Part shown: positions 24,081 through 38,269 of the stretch, piece after piece
Layout of the letters: every line of letters begins with the position of its first letter
Numbering within the stretch: the first letter of the stretch is position 1
Assembly (NCBI GenBank): GCA_964016885.1
Contig: OZ024742.1
Span: forward strand, 213,156,001-213,220,000
Length of the DNA stretch: 64,000 nt
Direction of reading: 5' to 3'
From: Eledone cirrhosa
Lineage: Eukaryota
Made by a program: the position numbers and the translations under genes
The notes under the pieces: model-generated
The model's input: only the letters and a program-made list of their open reading frames with translations
What the model was told of the DNA's origin: nothing
Databases searched by the model: none

Positions 24081-24749
24081 TAAAAATGAGCGAGAATCGA
24101 AATTCAGCCCATGAATTAACGAGAATCACTTTCGAGTTGTGAGGCAAGCGCTCTATAATTCATATGAATTAGATCTTACAACTTACGTTAAAGGCCAAAC
24201 ACACTGAGATGGTGGTTAAACTAATCATCCACACAGCGAAGATTCGATCTCCTATTTCGGGTCAAACAGATATACAGATATAAAAATATATAAAAATATA
24301 AATGGTTGAAAGCTTACCCGGACCCCTGGAATGATGGTAAAGTCCAGTGTTTGGGTTTCTGCGGCTCCATAAGTCATTTATTCTCCACTTACATAAAGGA
24401 TGTTAAGTTTCTTGTATCCTGACTGAACTGGGAGTACGCGTTGTCAACGGGATTCAGTTCGAAAGTCCACATAGATGTGACTGTAACTGACCCCACGTGG
24501 GGCTCAGCAAGGGAGGCAACACCTATATTAGGCGAATGAATTCAGTTGTGTATAATATTGCGAAAATGCAAAATATCACAAATCGAATAAAGCTCTTGAC
24601 AGAGTAGTTAAATATAACAGAGCTATTCAACAGTCAATAGAATAGACCAAAACCAATCAATAAAATTAACTGGCCAATAGCTAGACTCTGGAGATTAATA
24701 CAAGTAAAAATTAGCGAGAATCGAATATATATATATATATATATATATC

Positions 24750-25618
24750 GCAGTGGAGTATTGTATGCGCCTTGCGCTGGAGAAACACCAGGACTCTGGC
24801 TTTACTGTAACACCGGCTCAGAGTAGGAGAGTTAAAGCGAAAAAGATATCGGATGTTGAATTTGCCGACCACATTGCTCTGGTGACAAACACAGTGAAGG
24901 AGGCAGAGGAGTTGATGCAGGAGGTGGAGACTGTGTCGATAAGTGTGGGGCTGAGAATAAATGAGATTAAGACAAAATATCTGGTAGAGAATATTAAGAA
25001 GCCAGAGAAGATTACTAATGTAGGTGGGAAGCCGCTAGAATTGGTTGAGGACTTCCTGAATCTGGGAGCAAAGATTGGGAATACGGAAGATGATGTGGTC
25101 GAGAGGAAGAGCAAAGCCTGGGCGGCGTGCCACAGTTTTAGATCGGTGTGGAAGTCAGACCTTCGTAAAGACCTGAAGATCCATCTCTTCGTTGCTGTAG
25201 TGGAGTTTGTGCTGCTGTACGGGTCTGAGACTTGGACACTGACCAAGAAACTCACTCAGATGGTGGATGGGTGCTACACGAGAATGCTGAGGATTGCTCT
25301 GAACATTAATCAGTATACACTGAGGATGAAGAACTCAGAGCTGTACGGGAGCCTCCCAAAAGTCAGTTCGAAAGTAGCACAGAGGAGACTGAGGTTAGCT
25401 GGACATGCTCACCAACATCCAGGGTTTACATTACACTCAGTGCTCCTGTGGAGCCCATGCATGGACACACTGGAAGAGGAAGACTGAGGTTGACATATGT
25501 TGATGCCCTAAGGACAGACACTGGTCTCTTGGAGATGCAGGACATTGCAGCGATAATGAGGGACAGAGACCGCTGGAGAGAACTCGTCCATGGATCTCGG
25601 GAATTTTACCTGCCCTAG
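24750..25618 (+). mobile_element. 5'-truncated RTE-clade LINE fragment between (TA)n tracts
   Basis: ORF 24753-25487: FADHIAL (FADD), GLRIN..KTK, FLNLG, LLYGSETWTLTK, RRLRLAGH. Confidence 0.85.
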
Positions 25619-26386
25619 ATATATATATATTTATATATATATATAAGGGAACAAAAAATCAGTGTTGCATCATATACATATTTAATTACATATTACATAT
25701 GTTTCACTGCCAATCAGCTCGAGGAGTGATCGATTAATGTTCGATCCTGACTCTGGAATCGGAAGCTTTCAAGTGCAGACTCGCGTCTAAGTGTGGTTGG
25801 ATTATTATCCCGATTCATTAGTTTAGGCTGCCACACACTCTGCTCAAGGAATGTGTTATCGTCGTATTCATCCTGTTAAATTGTATTCGGTCAAATCCCA
25901 GTGGGAGACGACCTAGAACTCAGCAGCTTTTACATCCATTGCTTGGTCAGGAAGGTATTTTACGCTGGTCTCATACAGAAGCCATTCATGCGTAACTTCC
26001 CATCTGTAAGTAGACAATTTAACAGGATGAATACGACGATAACACATTAGTACTTAATAATAGTGTTTTCATGGACTGTAGCCTCTTACTGTGGAATTTC
26101 TCCTGTATGGTTATAGGGTCATGAGAACGAAAATTACGAAAAAAAAGCCCATTTTCGTTGTTTGGTAAACGCCAGAATTTCGCCTTTAAGTAAGAACTTC
26201 CTTATGAACAACCTCCTCATCATTTTATTACCGAACACAAAATATAACAGTCATTCAGTTACAGTTGTTTTACTTTTGCATTTTTGGGGCATTTGTCGTG
26301 CTACAGCTACCAATGTACAGACTTTTCGTAATTTATAAAAATAATAATAAAAAAAGAGACTAATTCAGTATTTTTGTTATCCATCA

Positions 26387-27228
26387 ATGCCACGTAAAGG
26401 AAAAGCAGTATCATTAGATATCAAACTCTAGATATGCTATAAAAGGAGTAGAAGGAAGGGTAAAAAGAAATTTGTTGCAGAATTATTAGGATTGGCATTG
26501 TTTATTAAGAAAGAACACACAATGATTCAATTTGACAAAATAAAAGTTTCCAAGCAAAATTCTAAGGATCGTAGCGACACTAAACTAACACACACAAGTC
26601 AGTGCAATCGTGGACATTGTGGGGAGAAATTTAAAGGTTTTATTGGGTGATATATCATTGGGTGAAATGTCATTGGGTAATATGTCACGTCATTCGCCCT
26701 AACTTTTAGCCTACAGAAAATGCTAAATCAGATGAAAGAAAAAACTGAAAAAGTTACTTAAATATTTATTGCTACTCGTGGATTGTCTGAACAGTTCAAG
26801 AATTGACCTGAACTCTAATGCCTTCAGATAACAGGTGAATCAGCAAATTCAGAAATGCCAACACAATTAAAAGGTATAGAAAGAAGTATATATCAACGAA
26901 ATATAATTTTTGAAATAAGTTTTTATCTGAAAGGAAAGTACTAGCATATAAAGCTACAAATGAGCGTCCCACTTTGTTGTTGGGCGCTCCTTTGTGGCTT
27001 TATACCCTGGGAAATTGTTGTTAAAAGCAAATGCTATGGTGACTTGAAACTTAGTTATTGTTTCTTTAAGATTGTGATACCCCAAAACAATGAAATGCAC
27101 CTCTAAATTAGTTTGCAAGTTATGTGTAAATCTAATTGAAAAAAAAAAAACTTGGGTTATTCAGGGTATATTTACTAAAGTGTTCGTTGAACACTTTTAC
27201 TCATTTGATAAATGTTTCTGTCAGAACA
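26387..27228 (+). pseudogene. Decayed pogo/Tigger (CENP-B-like) transposase
   Basis: Broken frames read MPRKGKAVSLDIKL, FIATRG..EQFKN...LQITGESANS, KATNERPTLLLG, GDLKL and KKTWVIQGIF, in the expected order for Tigger transposases. Confidence 0.6.
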
Positions 27229-27440
27229 ATAATAGTTTCTTATATAGGCACAATGCCAGCAATTTTGGGGGAGGGGAAAGTCGATTAAATCGATCCCAGT
27301 GCGTGACTGGTATTTTATTTTATCGACCTCGTAAGGATGAAAGGCAAAGTTAACCTCGGCGGGATTTGAACTCAGATCATAAAGGGCCGTAACTCTATGC
27401 TGCAAAGCATGGCGTCCGACCCTCTACCAATACTGCCAAC
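27229..27440 (-). mobile_element. SINE family A copy
   Basis: Full-length reverse-complement copy. Confidence 0.85.
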
Positions 27441-28089
27441 TCAAAGCACTCATGCTATTGTGTAACGCTCCTCGTCGTTCGTCAAGTCTAAATTCACTCC
27501 AAACGCACAAGATTTACTTCAAACTGATAACAAGGCAGTCAATTATGAAAACTTTAAATAGTTAACAAACTTGCAAGTACCTCACCCAAATAGAGACGAA
27601 GAGACTTTTCCACAATCAGTTTCCACAGCAGAGATCTGATTAAAACGTCTTAGTTGATTAACTCCTGTGTTTCTGCAGGATTTCAGAAAATAAAATTTTG
27701 AACGAAACATGAAAGATAAGAGATCTGTGATAGTACTGCTGAATTATTAGAGAGAAGAATTGGAGGTTTGTAATGAGATCTATTTTTTTTTCTCAATAGA
27801 AAAAAAGCCTAAGAGAACTTGTAATGCCATATTTATTTTCTGTTGCCTCGTATTTTTTACTTCTTGCATAAACTAAAGAAAGTTATTTTAAATGTTTTTA
27901 TCTAAATTACATTCTTTTATAGTTTTGCTAATTTCAGACATTAGACTGCGGCCATGCTGGGGTACCGCCTTGATTTTGTCGATCGTATTGACCACAATAC
28001 CTATTTTTTCAAGTTCGGTACTCATTTTATTGAATATTCTTTTGTCGAACCGCAAAGTTATCGGATATGGACATAGACATAAACGTACG

Positions 28090-28184
<95 letters not shown>

Positions 28185-28330
28185 ACCACACACACATATA
28201 TATTTGTGGTAAGGTTGCTTGGAATAGTTCCATAGGTGGTATGCCGGTTGAGCACTCTATGCTCCTTCAGAGCAGAGTATAATCATATGGAAAACGAAGA
28301 ATCAGTGATGTATCGAAACACAATTTATTA

Positions 28331-28415
28331 ACGTATTACAATTGTTTCTCCAGCGAAGGTGCGATCTATTTGTGGATCGAACCTGACTCTGGATTCGCAA
28401 GTTCCACAGATACGT
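28331..28415 (-). ncRNA. Hammerhead-like motif with long branched stem II and altered core
   Basis: Minus strand: ACGTAT-CTGTGGA-(long stem II)-GAAA-CAATTG-TA-ATACGT. 6-bp stem I and palindromic stem/loop III. Related sequence at 25690-25780. Confidence 0.45.
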
Positions 28416-29276
28416 CTAGCAACTTCGAAGCAAATCTTCTGTCTGTTGCACTCCGACCCTTTGAATTACTTTCATCTGCCATCATCCCGTTTGCGCGGCC
28501 CATCGATTGGTCAAGAGTTCGAGACGTCATCTATATGATTGACCATTCAAAACTGCCCACTGACCATTTCCATTCAGGCGTGAGCTGTCACCCACCTTAA
28601 TTCTGTCGCCAGAATTACTGCTACGTGGGCATGGGGTTCTGATTTATCTTGCCTGTCCCTAGCTTGCCCGCAGCCCGACACACCCACACCCACACACACG
28701 TATGCTCACACATAGACAGACATTCCGAGCCCCTGATCACACACTTATCTGTGCGGACATACACACATACACACACACACATCCGCGCGTACGCTCACGC
28801 GTGTGCGCATACACGTACACATGTATATATTCACACCCTCATATATAGGTACATGCATACACAGATATATGCACACATGTACACATACACGGAACCACAG
28901 ATATATATATCTATATATACACACACACATGGAGAAGAAGTTTATGAAATGGAAATGCGGGTGTAAAGAATTTATTAGGAAACAATTGTTTCTATAGTGT
29001 ATGGGTTACCTATACCTCGCTATTTGTATAATATAAAAATATTATCATAAACCGAAGGTACACTGTAAGCAAACACACCATGTCGTCAGACCTTTGTATT
29101 GGAATGCCTTTGTATTAGTAACATTGGAATACAAATTTACTAATTCTATACACACACACACATATATATACACACATATATACACACCTATATATATATA
29201 TATATATATATACACACGTACATACACATACATATACCCGCGCGTAGGCAGGTACACAACCAAGCCTATTGATATA

Positions 29277-29360
<84 letters not shown>

Positions 29361-30270
29361 TACACACACACTTACATACATATATATACCCATATGTACG
29401 CATGTACACACACACGGACATACGCACACACATATATAACTACAGACACTCACATTTGTGCGTGTGTGTGTGTGTATACATGTCCCTACGGGCACTCTTG
29501 CACAGGTTTACACACATAGCAGTATATACGTATTTAGACACACATTCATATACACCTTGAGTAGGGTGGCTTAGGTGTTAATTTGAGATACTCCACATAC
29601 AAACCACATTATAAACAAATTACATTTGAAAAGAAAATGTACAAAAATACTTAGATAGTACATAAAAACATCACTGGTTATTGACCGTCAATCGGTACGC
29701 TTAAATAGGGGCTTAATCTTTTAATCTTTTTAATCTTACTCTTAACTTTATATTCTACCCTGAAACTTTATTGTGACTATCAATAATACATTTAACCTTT
29801 TCATAAATGCCTCCTTCTGTAAATTCTTTAACTAAATCTCCCAACTTTAAACCTAAATCTCACTTTTCTAATCTTATCTTAAACTAAATCTTTTAATTCT
29901 AAACATAAATTTTGCATTTCTAATCTTTAATCGTAATTTCTGACCCTACAATAAAAACATCTACTGTACAGGCGCCCACTATATATAGTTTTGTTAAATA
30001 TATATATATTTAAAAAAAATATATTTCTTAGCACTTTTTAGCACTTCTGGCCAACTTCTATGTAACCTGATCCCACCGCCATGACGGGGTGGTAGTAGTG
30101 CACTATAAGCTTACGGCCCGTCACCAGAACGACATGACAAGACTTAGTAGTCCCCTCACTTGAAGGCGGCCAACCGGACTGGCAACTGCTAACTTTTTGG
30201 CTACCTTCTCATCGCTTTGCTTTTTCAGCCTTCAGGATTGTGTCTATTATATTCCTTTGTTAAATTTCGA

Positions 30271-30328
30271 ATACCTGATGATGTCACCGGATTCATACCG
30301 AACCCGGTCATTGAAATGTTCATAGTAT
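30271..30328 (+). ncRNA. Type I hammerhead motif at the end of an AT-rich Penelope-like UTR (about 29540-30380)
   Basis: ATAC-CTGATGA-(ACCGG/CCGGT stem)-GAAA-TGTTCA-TA-GTAT. Confidence 0.55.
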
Positions 30329-31099
30329 AATAAACCTTTAAGGAATTACACCAGTCCAGCCTCCTGTTATTTTATAATTATATATATATATACACACACA
30401 CAGAGATATATATAATACATACACACACATGGACACATACACATATAGGCAGACAGACGCACACACACATATACATATATATATACATATATAAATGAAA
30501 ATGTTCAAAGTGAAACTTCGTCGAGTTTACATCAACGGAACAGTTTGCTCGTGAAATATCAACTGTATGTGGTTGAGCATTCTTCAGACATTCCTACTTC
30601 TAACCTGATTCTGAGAGAAGTTGAGCATGACACACTGTGTGACAAGGCTAGTCTTTTAAATTACAGATATTATATATAGGCATCTACATTTACATACATA
30701 TATGGCCACATATACATACTAATAATAGCCAACTTTGTAAGAAAGAGAATGCACAGAGATTGTAAATCTGTGTGTATGCATGTGTGTGTGTGTGTGTGTG
30801 CGCGCGGTGCTGATTTAATAAATAGAATACAATGTAGTTTTGTCTGAGAGTGAAGTGCAGTGTGTCCACGTCTGTTTTCAAGATCTTCAAATACTAGTGG
30901 GAGAAAGGGACTGAGTTATTGTCAAACCGGTAACCTTATCCAAATGGGTAAAGTAAACTAAGAGCGAGTTGGTGTTGTTAAAATAGGGTACGGATTATGT
31001 CTACCACCCAAGTAAGCCACAACGGAGTTCGAACTCTGAAGACAATGAGCCGGAAAAATACCATAAAGCATCTCACCCAACGCTGTTTCAATTCCATCA

Positions 31100-31683
31100 A
31101 ACACTTGGATTGATATTTTATTTCATCGACTCCAAAAAGATGTGAAAAGCTGATGTCAGCGGGATTTGAACTGAGAACGCAGAGAACTGGAATATCGCAC
31201 AATTGAAGAAATGTATGACGGTATGGCTGAATTCATCAGTTGGCAGAAGGTAACTATCGTTTCTGATTTAGGCACAAGGCCAACACTGTTTTGGAGAGAG
31301 GAAGTCGGTTAAATCGATCCCTGTGCATTATTGGTACTTTATTTTATCGATCCCGTAAGGATTGAAGGCAAAACTAACCACGACGCCATTTAAAATCCTA
31401 ACGTAAAGGGACGTAACTATATGCCACAAAGCATGTTGTCCGACACTCTACAGATATTACCAATCCACTACCCCGATGAAAGTGATATTGGTTTCTGATT
31501 TAGGCACAAAGCCAACAGTTTTTGGGGAAGGAAATGTCGATTAAGTCGACCCCAGTTTGTTACTAGTATTTATTTTATCGACCCCGTAAGGTCGAAAGGT
31601 AAAGCTAATCTCAGTGGCATTTGAACTTAGAACACAAAGGGACCTAACTATATACCGCAAAGCATACTGCCAATCCACTACCC
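31100..31683 (-). mobile_element. Cluster of three older SINE family A copies
   Basis: Degenerate copies at about 31100-31190, 31256-31473 and 31486-31683. Confidence 0.7.
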
Positions 31684-31799
31684 TGTTGAAGGTAATAATG
31701 AATGTGTATGTACTTGTGTGTGTATGCTTGTGTGTATGTGTGAGCCTGTGAGTGAGTGTATAAGAACGTTTGCGTATATGTGTGATGACTGTCTGACAC

Positions 31800-32360
31800 A
31801 AAGACCAAATGAGTGAGAAGAGAGGAAGAATATAAGAAGAGACAGACGAATATAAAAGGTAGAGAGATGACAAAATTACAGAAAAACAAAGAGGGGAAAT
31901 ATAAGAAAAAATAAGACAGAGAAAGAGAAATTATATAGAGTGAGTGAGTGAAAGAGAGGAAGGAGAGAAAGAGAAAAGGGGAATTTTAAAGACACGAGAG
32001 GAGTATTGTGTGAGTAGTGAAAGAGGAGAAGAAACGAGAGGAGAAAGGAAGATAATATAGACGGTAGATAGAGAGAGAGAGAGTGGAAGACATGGAGAGG
32101 GGAAGAGAAAAGTAAGTAGAGAGTGGGAGAAATGGGGAGGAGGAAGAGGAAAAGGTAGAGAGAGAGAGAGAGAGAGAGTGGGAGAAATGGAGAGGGGGGA
32201 GAGGAAAAAAGTAAGCATATGATGTATATATAATGGAGAGAGAAATTAAGAAGGGTGAAGCAGAGGGGGGGGGATATGAATAAATTGGGGGGTGAGGGGG
32301 GGGGGGGGGGTAGAGAGATATGGAGTGGAAGAGTGAGAAGGCAGAAGAGAAAAGAAATAT
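31800..32360. repeat. Purine (GA)-rich low-complexity tract
   Basis: Directly visible. Confidence 0.85.
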
Positions 32361-32519
32361 GTTGACAGGAATGTTGTTGCACGAGTGCAGGGACCGGATA
32401 AAAGTTGATGCTGTTGTATGTGTTTAGCTGCAACTGGCCTCATCACAACCTCTGCTGTTGCTGCCGCTTATGTTGTCAGCAGTAGGATTACAAACGATGT
32501 AGCCACATACTGCAACAGA

Positions 32520-33567
32520 ATTATACATACATACATGCAAATATACATATATTACATACATACATACATGTATTACATACATACATATGTTACATACATA
32601 CATACATACATGTATTACATACATACATATGTTACATACATACATACATAACTACATGCAAATATACATATATTACATACATACATACATGCTTCATCCC
32701 TCACCTAAGACCATAGTCCCTGGTCCATGTACATACATACATACATACATACATACATACATAACTACATGCAAACATACATATATTACATACATACATA
32801 CATACATACATGTATTACATACATACATATGTTACATACATACATACATAACTACATGCAAACATACATTCAAACATGCATAGATACATATATGCATACA
32901 TACAGAGATACATACATAGATACATACATACATAGATACATGTATTACATACATACATATGTTACATACATACATACATGTATTACATACATACATATGT
33001 TACATACATACATACATAACTACATGCAAACATACATGCAAACATGCATAGATACTTATATGCATACATACATAGATACATACATAAATACATACATACA
33101 TACATAGATACATAGATACATGCGTACATAAATGTATGCATACATATATGCATTCATACATACATAGACAAACGCATACATAAATGCATGCAAACATATA
33201 TGCATACATACATACTTAGATACACGCATACATAAATGTATGCATACATATATGCATAGATACATAGACACACGCATACATAAATGTATGCATACACATA
33301 TGCACACATACATAGATACACGCATACATACATGTATGCATACATATATACATACATACATATAAACATGCATACATACATAGATACATATGCATACATA
33401 CATAGATATAAACATGTATACATACATAGATGCAAGCATACACAAATGTATGCATACATACATATATTCATACATATATACATACATACATATATACGTA
33501 CATACATACATACATACATACATACATACATACATACATACATACATACATACATACATACATACAT
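32520..33567 (+). repeat. Complex (ATAC)n-derived minisatellite
   Basis: Higher-order units such as ATAACTACATGCAAACATAC...TATTACATAC...ATGTTACATAC. Confidence 0.9.
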
Positions 33568-34337
33568 AATGGAACAGTAAAAATATATAAAACATTAAAA
33601 CAAATGTACAGATACTAAGCATATACATATGCACACACACACAACTCAAAACATCCACATCCACACATACAATAACATCCATTTCTACACATGCATACGT
33701 GCAGACATGCATACATATCTACCTAGTTGATGTTGTGTAAATTCCAATGAGAGAGACTTGTGTCTATGTTAGAAACCGACTCTCTCTCTATTGGCACAAA
33801 TATGTGAAATTATAAATCCAGAAGAACATACATAGCGAAAAGAATATCTGATTGGCGAAAAGAATATTTGTGCAGAACTAATGAGAAATCTGCAGATACC
33901 CCACCCTGACTATACCTTCAGATTTATACCTGTGATTATTGGTGCACTGGGATATGTTAGTAACTGCCTCAATACAAATCTTTAGACGCTAGGCTTCACA
34001 GAAACAGAAAGAACACAACTAGTTAGGAAATTACAAGTACAATTCATTAATTGAACAGTAAAAATGGGTAAAACATTCCAAAAATTCTGCATCTAATAAC
34101 CACATATACACTTGTACAGATACAAAGCATATGCACATGCACACATACAACTCAAAATATACACATCCACACATACAAAAACATCCATACATGCACACAC
34201 ATGCATGCTTGCAGACATGCATACATAACCTACCTAGTTGATGTTGTATAAATTCCAATGAGAGAGTCTTGTGTCTATGTTAGAAACCGACTGTCTCTCT
34301 ATTGGCAAAATTTGTGAAATTATAAAACCAGAAGAAC
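33568..34337 (+). mobile_element. Two 5'-truncated R4/Dong-clade 3' fragments (33568-33827 and 33835-34337)
   Basis: Share the 3' ORF end and UTR with 35400-35897. Each ends ...ATTATAAA.CCAGAAGAAC followed by ATAC repeats. Confidence 0.85.
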
Positions 34338-34355
34338 AAACATACATACATACAT

Positions 34356-35897
34356 CCGATTAAGAAAAATATGGTCATCGGAGCTCTCTGCGCACAATAA
34401 AGCAGTGGCTCACAATGTGTTTGCTGTGCCTTTCCTAACACCAGTGTTTGGAATACTCAATTGGACGATAGACGAAATCCGAGCAATTGATGTTAGGACT
34501 CGAAAAATACTAAACAACACCGGAAACATCCACATCAACAGTGACATAGACCGCCTTTACTTGAAACGTAAGCAGGGAGGCAGAGGCCTAACATCAGTCC
34601 AGACAACATTTGAATGACGCACCATATCCCTCCGACAACATCTACGAACCTCGAAGTGTAGGAGCCCGTCTATCGAGCAAGTCTATCTGCATGAAACAGA
34701 TAAGATCATGACATTTGGGAAGGAGCTCCTTGAAAGATATTCCCTGCATGATAATCAAAAACTCACGCCCATGGAAGTTGCCCAGCAGTACCGCAGTGAA
34801 TCCATGGATGAAAAACTGTATGCTTATCAGCAAAAAATCATGCATGGATATGTTGCCAGTAAACTCCAGAGTGAGAGTAATATAGATAAGGAAAGTAGTC
34901 TATCTAGGACCAACAACCGCTATATTGGCTCCCACTTTGAAGGATACGCTTTTCAAATCCAAGAACAGGAAATCAACACAAAATATCTGATTAACAAAAG
35001 AGATAGGGATGCAGGCAAAACACCCAGATGCGGCAAACAGTGCAGACTCTGCAGAATTAACATCTAGATGTCACCCATGTCATAAGCAGCTGTCCAAAGA
35101 TGTCATCGTGGTACTACCTACCTATGAGGCATGATGTAGTGGCAAAAACACTGTACAATGCAATCCGTAGAAAAGATAGGACCGACAATAAACACATTAT
35201 ATGCTATAACAATGTGGAAGACATACATTCATAACATGAAAGAGTACTGGTGGAATGTTCCAATAAAAGACCCCAATAAAATACAGGCATAACAGACTAG
35301 ATAAAAGACCCCAATAATATACAGGTATAACATAAAAGGCATGCACAGTAGTGGAAGTTAGCTGTCCAGCAGATGCCAATATAATATCAAAGATTATCGA
35401 AAAGGAGAATATTTATGCAGAACTGATGAGAAATCTACAGATACCCCACCCTGACTATACCTTCAGATTTATACCTGTAATTATTGGTGCACTGGGATAT
35501 GTTAGTAGCTGCCTCAGTGCAAATCTTGAGAAGCTAGGTTTCACAGAAATAGAAAGAACACAACTAATTAGGAAATTACAAGTACAATCCATTAATGGAA
35601 CAGTAAAAATATGTAAAACATTCAATAAATCCTGCATCGAAAAACTCCATGTGCACATGTACAAATACAAAACATATGCACATGCGCACATACAACACAG
35701 AACATCCACATCCACACATACAATAACATCCATACCTTCACACACATGCATGCAGGCATGCAGACATATCTACCTAGTTGATGTTGTGTAAATTCTAATT
35801 AGAAAGTCTTGTATCTATGTTAGAAACCGACTCTCTCTCTCTATTGGTAAAATTTCTCTATTGGTAAAAATTCATAAAATTATAAAACTAGAAGAAC
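34356..35897 (+). mobile_element. 5'-truncated R4/Dong-clade LINE (RT thumb, CCHC, restriction-like endonuclease), defective
   Basis: RLRKIWSSELSAHNK..., SDIDRLYLKRKQGGRGL, IQEQEINTK, CRLC...HVISSCP...RHDVVAK, EVSCPAD...KIIEKENIY, IPVIIGALG. In-frame stops. Bounded by (ATAC)n. Confidence 0.88.
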
Positions 35898-36764
35898 ATA
35901 CATACATACATACATACATACATACATACACACATACATATATACCTGTTATCTGGAATGTAAATTAACAGCAAAACTGCAATGAGATACAAAGTGAGTA
36001 CCATGCAAACATATGCTATAAACTTTGAAACTTCCCAGACGGATTTTATACGAGTACAGAATGGAAAGTCACCTGATCATTGATTATGGGCACCAGTAGC
36101 TCACGTCCTAAAGGGTAACTCTCCTTAACATATTAAAAAAACATAGAATATTGAACTCGTTGTAGCAGATTGGTTGACAGTTGATCGGACAACACGTCTG
36201 TCTTAGACCCAAGAGAGGCACGTGGCCAAATATTACAGGTATATAACATGCCTAAATGTTATGGCTAAACTTACACATATATCTTGAATGTATTTCTTGG
36301 AAACCACTGCCAAATGAATGATGAACTGGCTGAAGGCAATAAAGGATTATGGGGCTGTACCTAACAGCATTTCCTCAATAAAGCTGTCCTCGCGTAAACA
36401 AAGCTGCATCCTCGAAGTCTACTGACTGTGTGACTCTGCTATAAGAAGGCATTGGAATCCGTCCCTTACTAGAAACATTGACCTTACTAAAGTTCCATCT
36501 GCTACAGTTAATACCATAAAAAATAACTGGCTGTAATCTGAATCCAAAGCAGCTATCGGTGTAAACTGAAGCAACACCAACAGTTACAAACAGTATGAGA
36601 TTATTGATGGGAATATACCAATGTGGCAGCAATGTGACAGCTTGCCTGTGGTACTTGAGGGAAGTATTTGTCAGTCCTATAGGTTACATGTTAGGATCTG
36701 CATATCACCCACTGTAATGTCACCCACTCCTTGTTCCTCAATGCAGTATCTGTTCTGGTATTTT

Positions 36765-36915
36765 ACATTCTGACTTCAAATCCCACCGAGGGCAACTTTA
36801 CCTTTCATCATTCTGGGTGCAATAAACTAAAGTAGCGGTAAAATACTGTGGTGAATTTAATCGATTTTCCTCTTCACTCAAATTGCTGGCTTTGTGCCTA
36901 AATTAGAAAAAAATA
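36765..36915 (+). mobile_element. Degenerate SINE family A copy
   Basis: TTCAAATCCCACCGAGGGCAACTTTACCTTTCATC...TGTGCCTAAATTAGAA. Confidence 0.65.
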
Positions 36916-38269
36916 TTCTTTCGGAGTAGAGGAATGAAGTTCGGTTAGGCTGAGTGTTCATAGTTGGCAGTCAACCGAGGAAAGATTCTCCACGAAACAA
37001 AGAATATGGATATCTAAAGTTTGTCTTCCAAATCTTCAACGATAAATGTCAAAAATATCTGGAAATTCCTTAAAATGAAGCATACGGTGAGGTTAACGCC
37101 AGGGTGACAACAGAATACTTTAGCCGATTAAAAAAAGGAAAACATGGAAGTTAGAGCTGTCCGCATTCAATATAAGTATACCTTATAGTCAGGGCTTGAC
37201 TTACCTATAAGCTAAATAAGCTCATTTTTTAAAATACACTTTTATTTTACCATTAGTTTATATTCTTTAATACTAAATCATAAAAATTATACACCCCCGC
37301 CCCACACACATATATTCTTCATCATTGACATTAATATAAAAAATAATAATCATAAATAATTATTAAAAATTTTTCCATTCGAATTTTTTTTTAGAGAAGG
37401 GTCTGAAATTTTGAGGCCTCAGTAGGTGAAAGTTAGGTCTTGTCTATAATGATTTTGCACTGTCATAGCTAGTGTCAACATTTGAGATATTAGACTGAAA
37501 ACCTGATGAGGTCCGTAATTTTGAAATGAAGACAAGAAAACACCAACCACTACCGATAACTTCTACATCACCAGTGGCACTGACAGTATCTGTGAAGCGG
37601 AGAGATGAAAGCAGAGTCAATGGCTGTTGACTCTTAATCGTGTGAATAATACCTCATATATCACCTAGAAGCGTACGCCCATTCTATTCAGAAATAAGAG
37701 ATAGCTAACAAATTCCTTATGATGAAGAGACACAATGATGTATCAAAGTGCCCCATTGAGAACATGCCGATTGTGCCATATCAGTATAGAGGATACCATC
37801 TACATCATCAGCAACTGCCTCATAATATCAGCAAGGTACTACCATCCCATAAGCTAAGATATTGATGCAATCTATTTACAATATATCAGCAGAAAAGATA
37901 GAAATTAAATCAGCAAAGACAGTCTGACATTGAAGACAGTGTCTACGGGATAGGGAGACAGTCGGAAATACAGAGGAGCTTTCTATTTCACTCTGTTTAA
38001 ATTTCAAATGGGAAAGAAGTTGTTGAAAATCACTAAAGGTTATATCACAGCAGTCACAGATATAAATATCATGGGGAACGTAATGTGAGTAGACTTCGTC
38101 CCTTTTGTCAAAAACAAAACCACAACAAATGAATTGGCTTGAAGTTTTATCCAAGTCAAATGCCGCTGTCATTTTAGAGCAGTTGCTACTAGACACCGAC
38201 AGAGCTACTCGAGCGAAGCCCTGGCGGTCATACCAAAGGTACACCAGAACAAAATTATATCTATACCTT

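Noticed and set aside
24195-24265. tRNA-like stretch (TGGTGGTTAAA...GATTCGATCTCC) within a (TA)n-flanked segment with short direct repeats at 24078 and 24702
   Set aside because: Could not fold convincing acceptor and anticodon stems.
27660-27770. Apparent exon (TTTCTGCAG...GAG|GTTTGT)
   Set aside because: Stops in all three frames and no other support.
37495-37545. CTGATGAGGTCC hammerhead-like box
   Set aside because: No matching stem II/GAAA/stem I arrangement.
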